The notes under the pieces: model-generated | The model's input: only the letters and a program-made list of their open reading frames with translations | The model's database searches: none | What the model was told of the DNA's origin: nothing | Translations under genes and position numbers: made by a program | Assembly: GCA_046328505.1 (NCBI GenBank) | Contig: JAXLWL010000004.1 | Span: 9,559-73,558, forward strand | From: Anaerolineae bacterium | GTDB lineage: Bacteria > Chloroflexota > Anaerolineae > Epilineales > JAHCIE01 | Length of the DNA stretch: 64,000 bases | Direction of reading: 5' to 3' | Shown here: piece after piece, positions 49,991 through 58,606 of the stretch | How positions within the stretch are numbered: the first letter of the stretch is position 1 | Layout: each line of letters starts with the position of its first letter

Positions 49991-51716
49991 GAACTCTCCG
50001 TCTTGCTGACAGCAGGTCATTCAGCCCCCATTTTGGGGGATACCAATAGGTTAACGGTTGGGACCGCCAGCGATATACCTGTTTGATACGCTTTCTCTCG
50101 CTTCTACCCTTGATATCTGGATGTGCTAGTCTTGCGTACTTATCGACCTCACAGAACAGATTCTGACAATCTATCAACTGAAGGGGCCTACCGAACAGAG
50201 ATTGAAATGGGAGCTCGAGACGAGCAAATTCTTGTTGTTGCCGGTCAGTTACCAGGCGAATCACGTCAACCTCGTTCAGGCCTCCAAGATCGGTAAAACA
50301 CTTCCGAATTCCGTCACGTGCGCCTGGCCCAGGTACAACAAACTCCATCTCACTGAAATTAGTGATCGGGCTGTAGTTGATGTCGATGACGTATTGATAC
50401 GCAAGAAAGTCGCCCAACATCGGATACGAACGAAGGAGTTCAAAAGCATGCCTCATTGAACGTGCCTCGGTCAGGCGCCGTGGAACCCCATCTTCCATCA
50501 TTCTCTCAAGCAACTTTAGATAGCTTCGGTGTTTCACACTGAAACCAAAACTGCTTGCACCCGAAGGCATGATATACGCTGCTGAGAAAATAGGCTCGCC
50601 GGCTTCTCGGGCTTGAGCGAGCACTTGATCGTATTTCTCAAAGGAGTAGTCTCGATAGGCAATTCCACCCAAAGCGCTAAGGAGGAGTTCCCAGGTTTCA
50701 ATCCGGTTGAATATCTTAAAAAGAAGTATTCTGAAGAAGACTTCATCGGCCGTCGGATCACCCTCATAGATGACCCTTTGGACAAGGTATTGACTCACTC
50801 GATCGGAAGCCCGATAAGCATTAGTGAACTTATGTCTGGCGAGAATAGGGTCGTTTGTCCAAGGGGGCGGCTCATTAGCAAACCTCCGAAAGAAGATGGC
50901 TTGTCGTTCAGTGGCAAACCTCCAGTAGGTGTCGTAGACCTCCGTCGGCTTGGCCGGGGAGAGACTGGAGAAGATAGTTAGGCCAGCTGGTCGTGGACCA
51001 GTTTGCGCACCTGGTAGGTCTAAGCTCAATTGCCCCTTTACTTCAGACTGTAGGAAACCAGCGCGCCTTGATGCCTGTCTGCTCCTTCGAGATGTTCCGC
51101 TCTTCTGACGCACTTCCTCAATCGTTGCCACAACGGTTTTCAGGGCGTCATCGACCGCGCCGTCGTTGTCGACAACCCAAGTAGGGTATTTTACCCTTTC
51201 CCGTTCGGCAAGTACGTCGTAGTTCCCTCTAACCATCTTCCAGAAATCGATAGGGTCATCCTCTCTGAGGGGCGAGGACCGTCGGATCAGGAAAGCCGCT
51301 GTCGGTACGACTTTGCCCCAATACTTTATCTCCACATCAAGCATGGCCTCGAGTACTGACCGACTTACTCCACGGGCTATTCCATATACCCAAGTGGACC
51401 ACCAGAAACGATCAAGTACGATAGATTTCCCGTCGCGTAGTGATGGGAGAATTCGCTTCTCAATAGTGTCAACGTGGGCGGCGACATGCAGCATTTGCAG
51501 ACTGGTTGGACTGAGAGACTCAATCCCAAACCTCTCGGTCGCATGATGCAGTTCGTAGACATGAAGTCCTAAAGTTCCAGCCTCACGTCCTGGAAACGCC
51601 AAATAGTCGCATGCGCGTCCCGTTGAGTTCAGATGTTGTGTTAGCGCCTCAGCAAGAGTTGTCTTTCCAACTCCATCTGGCCCCTCGAAGACGTACAGCT
51701 CGCCCCAACCGATCAT
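49974..51716 (-). CDS. fusion protein: N-terminal thymidylate-kinase-like P-loop dNMP kinase domain (~200 aa) plus C-terminal ~370-aa domain of unassigned function
   Basis: N-terminus VFEGPDGVGKTTLAEAL...AFPGREAGT...VLDRFWWSTWVYG parallels Tmk (EGxDGxGKTT / REPGGT / DR...S..AYQ). The C-terminal domain (YDTYWRFATERQAIFFRRF...YRASDRVSQYL...) has no family I can name. Overlaps both neighbouring genes, so the set reads as an operon. Confidence 0.65.
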   Translation of the reverse strand: MIGWGELYVFEGPDGVGKTTLAEALTQHLNSTGRACDYLAFPGREAGTLGLHVYELHHATERFGIESLSPTSLQMLHVAAHVDTIEKRILPSLRDGKSIVLDRFWWSTWVYGIARGVSRSVLEAMLDVEIKYWGKVVPTAAFLIRRSSPLREDDPIDFWKMVRGNYDVLAERERVKYPTWVVDNDGAVDDALKTVVATIEEVRQKSGTSRRSRQASRRAGFLQSEVKGQLSLDLPGAQTGPRPAGLTIFSSLSPAKPTEVYDTYWRFATERQAIFFRRFANEPPPWTNDPILARHKFTNAYRASDRVSQYLVQRVIYEGDPTADEVFFRILLFKIFNRIETWELLLSALGGIAYRDYSFEKYDQVLAQAREAGEPIFSAAYIMPSGASSFGFSVKHRSYLKLLERMMEDGVPRRLTEARSMRHAFELLRSYPMLGDFLAYQYVIDINYSPITNFSEMEFVVPGPGARDGIRKCFTDLGGLNEVDVIRLVTDRQQQEFARLELPFQSLFGRPLQLIDCQNLFCEVDKYARLAHPDIKGRSERKRIKQVYRWRSQPLTYWYPPKWGLNDLLSARRRVHDSRL

Positions 51717-52513
51717 ATCAGACCCCCCAAGCCAATTTGGATGCCGCCCTGATCCAACTTGCTGGAGCAGATGTTAGCCTCAACTTCCTCCTTCAATCCA
51801 CTCAAGGTTCGCTTGCCCACACCTCCTAGTGTCGCGACCCCGGTGATGCAATGCATCTGTGTGAGCTCGAGGCCCAACTCATGGGCCACGAAGCGCCCCA
51901 GGTTGCAGAGGCCCAAGTAATTTCCATAAGCTCGTTCGAAGAGGTACTGAGTAGCGTACACCCCCATAATAGCAAGCTCTTCACTGTTGAGCGGAATGAA
52001 CATTACATGCTGCAGGCAGGGAAAGCCACGCCGACGTTGATTACTGTGATCGAGTACTGGGTCGAAGATCATGGCTTGCAGAGCGCTACGCCGATGATTA
52101 CCGCGCTGATAGGTGGTAATAATGTGGTCAAGCTGATTCATCTTACCGGAACCATAGGCTATCAGGCGCTCAAAATAGACACCGTAATGATTTCGGGAGT
52201 CCTCCTTAAGTTTAGGTAGGACGCGAAGGTAACGCTCAAACAAGACGGCTCGCTCGCCGCCTGGATTCCAAAGAGATTGAGGGAAGATCGTGTTGGCTAC
52301 GGTACGGCATGACTGCTTACTGTGGCAGCTAAGGTGACGGTCGAGTACTTGACGGACGCTATCCATTTCAATGGGTGTACTGTTCGATAGCCCAGTCACG
52401 TCTACCACTAATGGCGTAATCTCTTCTACGCCCCGATCCATCAACTCCAGGAATGCTTGGGACCAGGCGAGCGATATGTTATTGCTGGCAATATGAACTG
52501 GCCTACTCCTCAT
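51713..52513 (-). CDS. second thymidylate synthase-fold protein (266 aa, divergent)
   Basis: YGVYFERL, QRGNHRRSALQAMIFDP and RRRGFPCLQHVMFIPLNSEELAIMGVYATQYLFERAYGNYLGLCNL align with TS motifs (YGFQWRHF / DSRRxIVSAWN / PCHxxFQFYV...). Shares ATGA overlap with the kinase gene. Confidence 0.65.
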   Translation of the reverse strand: MRSRPVHIASNNISLAWSQAFLELMDRGVEEITPLVVDVTGLSNSTPIEMDSVRQVLDRHLSCHSKQSCRTVANTIFPQSLWNPGGERAVLFERYLRVLPKLKEDSRNHYGVYFERLIAYGSGKMNQLDHIITTYQRGNHRRSALQAMIFDPVLDHSNQRRRGFPCLQHVMFIPLNSEELAIMGVYATQYLFERAYGNYLGLCNLGRFVAHELGLELTQMHCITGVATLGGVGKRTLSGLKEEVEANICSSKLDQGGIQIGLGGLI

Positions 52514-53375
52514 AATCAGGGTCCTCCAAGTATCGATACATCGCGCGCCCTACATAGTTCCTTCGTGAGACTCGAACAAAGGCTGACCAACCTGTAGTAG
52601 GATGAGCAAGTCGCCCAAGACCAGGCTTGCGGCCTGAAAGGATTGTCCTTGCCTCATCAGCCTCCTCCACCCGAACGCACATTCCTTCTACGGTTACGCC
52701 GTCTGGCAAGACCACGAAGTCATTGACCTGCAAGTCAATGGGGCGACCTTGCCAGTGAAGATCGACCGGGATCACATGTCCATCGACGTCCTCGCCCAAG
52801 ATATCCGATTGGATTTCTTTCGGCGTTACCCGCTTCAGTTGGTCTGCATGTGATGCTGAGACAAGCTTCAGCATCACGTGCATATGGGTAATGAGTGTGG
52901 TGTAGCCAACACCGAACAGTTCGGCTACCCTATAAACTTCATCCGGGTTACATGATGGGATGGTCCAGCCGCGCTCGGTGAAAGCCCGACCGACAGCCGT
53001 CTTGGGCATGAGGAACAAACCCGCGAAACAGTCAGCCACAAATTCCTCGCTATCAGCTAAGCCTTGCTCATATGGTCTTTCCAAGGCCTGGTCCATGCGC
53101 ATGCCGTGGCCGAACACATGATGCCCAAGTTCATGAGCACACGTAAAGGACTGACGCCCACGCGGTCTGTGCGATGATACCGTGATCAAAGGACCCCGCT
53201 GCCGAACATACATGCCCTCGAGGCTTGGCATATCGGTAAAGCGCACTTCAATGCCGAGATTCTCCACAACGCTATAGATCGAAACCGGATTGTAGATTCC
53301 CAATCCTTGCGCTTGCCTGAGAGCAAGCGCCCGCTCGTTCGCCTCGAGAACCAAACGTTTTTGCGTTCCATTCAT
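52503..53375 (-). CDS. ImmA/IrrE-family (DUF955) Zn-metallopeptidase
   Basis: HEXXH in FTCAHELGHHVFGH. Immediately downstream of, and overlapping, the XRE gene. Confidence 0.8.
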   Translation of the reverse strand: MNGTQKRLVLEANERALALRQAQGLGIYNPVSIYSVVENLGIEVRFTDMPSLEGMYVRQRGPLITVSSHRPRGRQSFTCAHELGHHVFGHGMRMDQALERPYEQGLADSEEFVADCFAGLFLMPKTAVGRAFTERGWTIPSCNPDEVYRVAELFGVGYTTLITHMHVMLKLVSASHADQLKRVTPKEIQSDILGEDVDGHVIPVDLHWQGRPIDLQVNDFVVLPDGVTVEGMCVRVEEADEARTILSGRKPGLGRLAHPTTGWSAFVRVSRRNYVGRAMYRYLEDPDYEE

Positions 53376-53722
53376 CGAGCATCCCCTTCGGATCGCAGAG
53401 CAGCAAGCAATTGAAGTAGACGATCCAGGTCGTCCTTATCGAGCTTCGCCAGTTCACGAGCCGCAAGTTCTATCTTGTCCTGCGCCAAGCCAGTTTCATC
53501 CGCTCCTTCGCCTAGCAACCAGTCTACGGACACGCCGTAAATGCGCGCGAGTTCGACTAATTCTTCGGACGATACACGTCTCCTTCCTGCCTCCGCTTCT
53601 GAAATCGAAGGGCGATGTAGTCCAAGCATCTTGGCTACTTGCCCTTGCGAAAGGCCAGCCATTTCTCGTGCGAGACGAAGTCTTGAGGCAAATGGTTTTC
53701 GCTTCTCATCAGTCCGGCTCAT
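53372..53722 (-). CDS. XRE-family HTH transcriptional regulator
   Basis: Start refined to ATG (MSRTDEK...) with AAAGGAGGG upstream. HTH LRLAREMAGLSQGQVAKMLGLHRPSISEAEAGRRRVSSEELVELARIYGVSVDWLL. Confidence 0.8.
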   Translation of the reverse strand: MSRTDEKRKPFASRLRLAREMAGLSQGQVAKMLGLHRPSISEAEAGRRRVSSEELVELARIYGVSVDWLLGEGADETGLAQDKIELAARELAKLDKDDLDRLLQLLAALRSEGDAR

Positions 53723-54011
53723 TGCCTTGCCCTCCTTTGGGTTCGACAAGCTCGTAGAGTCGCGCTACGATGTCCCTCACCTTTGGCGATTCGCCATTGA
53801 CTGGGGCTAACATAACCTTCATTGGGACCTCACGCCGGAGGGACTCCGATAGCATTACAGAAACTTCCGTTGCATTCAAACTATCAAATCCCTCCAGGTC
53901 ACCTATTGGACGAGTAGCGTCACTGATCCTCGGAACTGCATATCCGCTCCAGCTCTGATTCTCCACGAGAGCTTCAATCAGTGTGTTTCTGATCTCATCA
54001 ATAGTCATTAG
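53709..54011 (-). CDS. small hypothetical protein (100 aa), first gene of the XRE/ImmA operon
   Basis: ATG at 54011 with GAGAGGG 8 nt upstream (MTIDEIRNTLIEALVENQSW...). Overlaps the XRE start. Confidence 0.45.
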   Translation of the reverse strand, partial: LMTIDEIRNTLIEALVENQSWSGYAVPRISDATRPIGDLEGFDSLNATEVSVMLSESLRREVPMKVMLAPVNGESPKVRDIVARLYELVEPKGGQGNEPD

Positions 54012-54038
54012 CAATCCCTCTCTTACCACTGGTAAGAA
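54011..54038. promoter_or_regulatory. operator-like triple half-site TCTTACC-N4-GGTAAGA-N3-TCTTACC at the 5' end of the XRE/ImmA operon
   Basis: Perfect 7-bp inverted repeats at 54011-54017, 54022-54028 and 54032-54038, immediately upstream of the first gene of the minus-strand operon. Confidence 0.45.
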
Positions 54039-54269
54039 AATCTTACCACAACTTCGGGCATTTGTCAAGTGGCAGAACAGTGAATCGGCGGCAAGTTTGA
54101 AATGTTGCTGACACAGGACCGTTTGACTCTTTCTACAGCAGGGTAGAGATACACCAGCTGCGACCATTGTGCTCGGGTCGGTTGTTGGTGGCAGAGCGCA
54201 TCAGTGACATCCTGGACAATATGATAGTCGGGACGTATCATATGGGCGGTAGATGGAGACTTAGAAGCC

Positions 54270-55010
54270 ATGAAACAGACCGTCATTTTCAATGACACGC
54301 GGATGCGCCTGGATGATGCTTTCCAGGTGCGGCACATTGCCACCTTTCCCGTCCAAACATGCAGTTCAAAGGACCAGGTTGACGCGGTACTGGCGGAGTT
54401 CGGGGACTTCGACCAGATACCGGTGGCCAATGGCGACGACGTTGTGGAAGTCATCGAGCGCGAAGGCGCTCGGAAGCGCCCCATCGCATTAACCGATGTT
54501 GTGTCGGCCTACGAGCCGCTGGCTAAGTTCCTCCCGATGCTGGAGCACTCGCCCTACCGCCTCGTCACGGAAGGTGGCAAGGTAACAGGTATCGTCACGC
54601 GCAGCGACACTTTGAAATTGCCGGTGCGCTTGCTCGCCTTCATGATGATCACTCATCTCGAAATGTTGATGGCGGACCTCATCCGAGCCAGATATCCCGA
54701 CAGCACAGGCTGGCGGCGCCGGCTCTCCGAGGAGAGACGAGCCAGAATCGACCAGAAAGAAGAGGAGCTACGCCAGCCAGGCAATAATCCAGAGCCGCTG
54801 GAGCTGACCGATTTTGCGGACAAGCGTGAAATCGTCCGTGTTGAGTACGACCTTCCTAACCGCTTCCAGAAGGACCTCGGCGACATCGAACGTGTGAGGA
54901 ATTCAGTGGCCCACGCCGGCAACTACGCTCAGACCGAGGACAGACTGAGGAAGTTCGTCAAGCGCATTCGGCTGGCGGACAAGTGGATCGAGGAACTGAG
55001 CCGGCTTTGA
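54270..55010 (+). CDS. hypothetical protein with N-terminal CBS-like region and C-terminal Rx4H (HEPN-like) motif
   Basis: KVTGIVTRSDTLKLP resembles a CBS pair element. C-terminal ERVRNSVAHAGNY fits the Rx4-6H HEPN motif. Assignment is weak. Confidence 0.4.
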   Translation: MKQTVIFNDTRMRLDDAFQVRHIATFPVQTCSSKDQVDAVLAEFGDFDQIPVANGDDVVEVIEREGARKRPIALTDVVSAYEPLAKFLPMLEHSPYRLVTEGGKVTGIVTRSDTLKLPVRLLAFMMITHLEMLMADLIRARYPDSTGWRRRLSEERRARIDQKEEELRQPGNNPEPLELTDFADKREIVRVEYDLPNRFQKDLGDIERVRNSVAHAGNYAQTEDRLRKFVKRIRLADKWIEELSRL

Positions 55011-55174
55011 CCTGAGTTGGTGTAAAAACTCTAACCGAGGCTGACTTGCCGACGATGTTGAGTATAATCAGGCCGTGGTGTGCCTGTACGCAGAAAGGCG
55101 CGTGCTGTGTGAACACGCGTGACCGTCTCGACGAGGGCACGCCTCCCCAACCTCCAATCCCTAGAAAGCTGCCC

Positions 55175-58171
55175 ATGTCCGCCTACCGCAAAAAGCTTAT
55201 TGAAGTCGCCCTCCCCCTCGATGCCATCAACAAGGAGTCGGCGCGCGAGAAGTCCATCCGGCACGGCCACCCCTCCACCCTGCACCTGTGGTGGGCGCGC
55301 CGCCCCCTCGCCGCCTGCCGCGCCGTCCTGTTCGCCTCCCTCGTGGACGACCCCTCGGCCCTGCCGGAGCAGTTCCCGACCGAGGAAGCGCAGGAAGCCG
55401 AGCGCCAGCGCCTGTTCCGCATTATCGAGGCGCTCGTCAAGTGGGAGAACTCCAATGACGAGGCGGTGCTAGACGCGGCCCGCCGCGAGATCGCCCGCTG
55501 CGTGGCCCGCGCCCACGACGTCGAGCTGGCGGCGAACGCGGTGCCGGCCCAGGTCGCCGAGGCTTTGCGGGAGTACGCTCCGCCGGTCCTCGACCCGTTC
55601 TGCGGCGGCGGCTCCATCCCCCTCGAAGCGCAGCGCCTCGGGTTGGAGGCCCACGCCAGCGACCTCAACCCGGTGGCCGTGCTCATCACCAAGGCCCTCA
55701 TCGAGATCCCGCCCAAGTTCGCGGGGCAGCCGCCGGTCAATCCTGAGGCGCGCAAGGACTTGTTTGCGTCGGGGAACGTGTCTACCGCAGAGGGCGCAGA
55801 GGGGCGCGGAGCAGAGGGACAGGACAATACAAAATCTCATCCTCTGCGTTCCTCTGCGTCCTCCGCGGTGAATCCTTCTTCGGCGGCGGCGAGTCCTCGC
55901 TGGACCGGGGCCAAAGGGCTGGCCGAGGATGTGCGCTACTACGGCAAGTGGATGCGTGACGAGGCCGAGCGGCGCATCGGCCACCTCTACCCGAAGGTGA
56001 AGCTGCCGCCGGAGCAGGGAGGCGGCGAGGCGACGGGCATTGCCTGGCTGTGGGCGCGCACCGTCAAGTGCCCCAACCCAGCCTGTAGCGCGCAGATGCC
56101 GCTGGTGCGCTCGTTCGCGCTCTCGACCAAGAAGGGCAAGGAGGCGTGGGTTGAGCCGATCGTGAACCGAGAGGCCAAGACGGTGCGCTTTGAAGTACGC
56201 AGTGGCAAGAGGCAGTCGCACGAAGGCACTGTAAACCGAAGAGGCGCAACCTGTATTGTCTGCGGTACCACCGTTCAGTTCGACCACATCCGTAGTGAGG
56301 GCAAGGCCCACTGTATGGGCGCACAACTCATGGCGATTGTGGCCGAAGGCCAGCGCGAGCGAGTGTACGTCGCCCCAAATGCGGAGCACGAAGCGGTAGC
56401 GGCCCAAACCGAGCCTGATTGGGCACCAGAGACGGACTTACCAGAGCAGGCGCTTGGCTTCCGCGTGCAACTCTACGGCATGACAAAGCACCGCGACCTC
56501 TTCACCCCGCGCCAGCTTGTTGCTCTCACGGCTATGAGCGACTTAGTGGGCAAGGTGCGAGAGCGCGTACAGCGGGACGCCTCTGCAGCGGGGCTGACAG
56601 ACGACGTAGTGGCCATAAGTACAGGACAAACGGGGGCACAAGCATACGCCGATGCAGTCGCAACATATCTCGCGTTTGCGTTAGACAAAGCAATAGATCG
56701 CAATACGTCTCTTTGTACCTGGGAACACGGTATGGACAGGATGAGAGGCACGTTCGGACGTCAAACGTTGTCCATGATATGGGATTTCGCGGAAACAAAT
56801 CCCTTTGCTGGGGCGGGTGGCGACCTCGGCGGAAGTGTAGAATCACTATCGGAGGTACTAGAGACGCTGGGTCGAAATTGGCCGGGTGAGACCATACAAC
56901 GGGATGCAGCCTCTGGCACGCATATCCGGGAAGTCATATACTCCACAGACCCACCCTACTACGACAACATAGGATACGCAGACCTTTCGGACTTTTTCTA
57001 CATCTGGCTCCGCCACTCTCTGGTGGGTGTTTATCCCGAGCTATTTACTACTTTGTTGGTTCCGAAGACACAAGAGCTGATTGCAGCTACCTACCGCTTC
57101 AACGGAAGTAAGGAGCGAGCACAACAATTCTTTGAAGAAGGACTCCGGAGCGTATTCACGCAGATGCGCAAAGCGCAATCTTACGAATATCCGGTCACCA
57201 TCTACTATGCATTCCGACAGGCTGAAAGCGAGGAAGACGAGGAGGCGGCTTCGGGAACAAGTGCGAATGGAGCCGAGCTTCGATCGTCCACAGGCTGGGA
57301 AACCATGTTGGAAGGATTGCGCAATGCTGCATTCGCAGTAACCGGCACATGGCCAGTGCGAACAGAGCAGGCAAAGCGTATGCGCGATCAGGAAGCTAAC
57401 GCTCTTGCCTCCTCCATTGTTCTCGTCTGCCGGCCGCGGCCGGAGAATGCGCCTCTCGCCACGCGCCGGGAGTTCCTGACGCAGCTTCGGCGCGAGCTGC
57501 CCACCGCCCTCAAGACCCTGCAGCGCGAGAACATCGCCCCGGTGGACCTGGCCCAGGCCGCCATCGGCCCCGGCATGGCCGTCTTCTCCCGCTACAGCAA
57601 GGTTGTCGAGGCCGATGGCTCGCCTATGCGCGTTCGCACCGCTCTGCAGCTCATCAACCAGACCCTCGACGAGGTCCTGGCCGAGCAGGAGAGCGAGTAC
57701 GACGCCGACACGCGCTGGGCGGTCGCCTGGTTCGACCAGTACGGCATGAACGAGGGGCCGTACGGCGTCGGCGAGACCCTGTCCAAGGCCAAGAACACCG
57801 CCGTCGCTGCCCTGGTCGAGGCGGGTATCCTCCAGGCGCGGGGCGGCAAGGTGCGCCTACTGGCGCGGGATGAGCTCTCCCCCGACTGGTCGCCGACGAC
57901 GGATACCCGCCTCACCGTCTGGGAGGTGACGCAGTACCTGATTCGCGCCCTCCAGAAAGGCGGCGAGGGCGCGGCGGCAGACCTGCAGGCGCAGGTGGGG
58001 AGCGTGGGCGAGGTAGCGCGCGACCTGGCGTACCGCCTGTACACGACGTGCGAGCGCAAGGGCTGGGCGCAGGAGGCGCTGGCGTACAACAGCCTCGTCG
58101 TCGCGTGGCCCGCCATTCAGGCCCAGGCAGCGAGCCGGCCCACAGCTCCCACGCAAGGTACCTTGCTCTAG
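55175..58171 (+). CDS. DUF1156-family N6-adenine/N4-cytosine DNA methyltransferase with internal Zn-ribbon (COG1743-like)
   Basis: N-terminus MSAYRKKLIEVALPLDAINKESAREKSIRHGHPSTLHLWWARRPLAACRAVLFASLVDDP is the DUF1156 hallmark. Zn-ribbon CPNPAC...CIVCG. Catalytic DPPYYDNIGYADLSDFFYIWL. Confidence 0.85.
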   Translation: MSAYRKKLIEVALPLDAINKESAREKSIRHGHPSTLHLWWARRPLAACRAVLFASLVDDPSALPEQFPTEEAQEAERQRLFRIIEALVKWENSNDEAVLDAARREIARCVARAHDVELAANAVPAQVAEALREYAPPVLDPFCGGGSIPLEAQRLGLEAHASDLNPVAVLITKALIEIPPKFAGQPPVNPEARKDLFASGNVSTAEGAEGRGAEGQDNTKSHPLRSSASSAVNPSSAAASPRWTGAKGLAEDVRYYGKWMRDEAERRIGHLYPKVKLPPEQGGGEATGIAWLWARTVKCPNPACSAQMPLVRSFALSTKKGKEAWVEPIVNREAKTVRFEVRSGKRQSHEGTVNRRGATCIVCGTTVQFDHIRSEGKAHCMGAQLMAIVAEGQRERVYVAPNAEHEAVAAQTEPDWAPETDLPEQALGFRVQLYGMTKHRDLFTPRQLVALTAMSDLVGKVRERVQRDASAAGLTDDVVAISTGQTGAQAYADAVATYLAFALDKAIDRNTSLCTWEHGMDRMRGTFGRQTLSMIWDFAETNPFAGAGGDLGGSVESLSEVLETLGRNWPGETIQRDAASGTHIREVIYSTDPPYYDNIGYADLSDFFYIWLRHSLVGVYPELFTTLLVPKTQELIAATYRFNGSKERAQQFFEEGLRSVFTQMRKAQSYEYPVTIYYAFRQAESEEDEEAASGTSANGAELRSSTGWETMLEGLRNAAFAVTGTWPVRTEQAKRMRDQEANALASSIVLVCRPRPENAPLATRREFLTQLRRELPTALKTLQRENIAPVDLAQAAIGPGMAVFSRYSKVVEADGSPMRVRTALQLINQTLDEVLAEQESEYDADTRWAVAWFDQYGMNEGPYGVGETLSKAKNTAVAALVEAGILQARGGKVRLLARDELSPDWSPTTDTRLTVWEVTQYLIRALQKGGEGAAADLQAQVGSVGEVARDLAYRLYTTCERKGWAQEALAYNSLVVAWPAIQAQAASRPTAPTQGTLL

Positions 58172-58210
58172 CCCGTTCCTCGCCGATGGATATCGTGAGT
58201 GTGCGGCGGG

Positions 58211-58405
58211 CTAGATGAAGCGGAGCAGGGCAAGGATGAGGAGCGCGATGAACAGGACCACCAGGCAACCCAGGGCGTTGTTGTTGGGCGGCTGCGCCCC
58301 CGGCACGACAACGACCACCGGCGGCTGCGGCCGCCTCATGCTGAAGATGCCCGCTATTAGCACGATTACGAACACGATCCCTAGCACGACGAGTGGGACT
58401 TCCAT
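58211..58405 (-). CDS. small two-TM membrane protein with central Pro-rich loop (paralogue of 42514..42702)
   Basis: ATG at 58405 with AAGGAGG 8 nt upstream. MEVPLVVLGIVFVIVLIAGIFSMRRPQPPVVVVVPGAQPPNNNALGCLVVLFIALLILALLRFI. Divergent from the STAND gene at 58607. Confidence 0.6.
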   Translation of the reverse strand: MEVPLVVLGIVFVIVLIAGIFSMRRPQPPVVVVVPGAQPPNNNALGCLVVLFIALLILALLRFI

Positions 58406-58510
58406 CGTCAGACCCTCCTTTGCTCGATTGGACACCCTCGGTCACGTTAAGCGTACAACCGACGCGCACTGGAGGATCAGACCGATGCGCTGAGATTTCT
58501 GCGTCGGCAG

Positions 58511-58528
58511 GCTATGAAAATTCATAGC
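58511..58528. promoter_or_regulatory. perfect palindrome GCTATGAA-AA-TTCATAGC nested inside a larger imperfect inverted repeat (GATTTCTGCGT...ACGCAGAATC) in the divergent promoter region of the small-TM/STAND gene pair
   Basis: 8-bp arms at 58511-58528, flanked by about 58494-58505 and 58531-58540. Lies between the two divergent start codons (58405 and 58607). Confidence 0.4.
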
Positions 58529-58606
58529 TAAACGCAGAATCCTCGGAGCGTCCTTGCAGTAGAGTGTGACATGGTGCGGATTCCTACATGCGACAGGGAG
58601 GGCAAC

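Noticed and set aside
55469-58469. Minus-strand ORFs 55469..56407, 57592..58116 and 57912..58469 over the methylase
   Set aside because: Antisense to the DUF1156 methylase. 57912..58469 also runs across the small-TM gene in the wrong frame.
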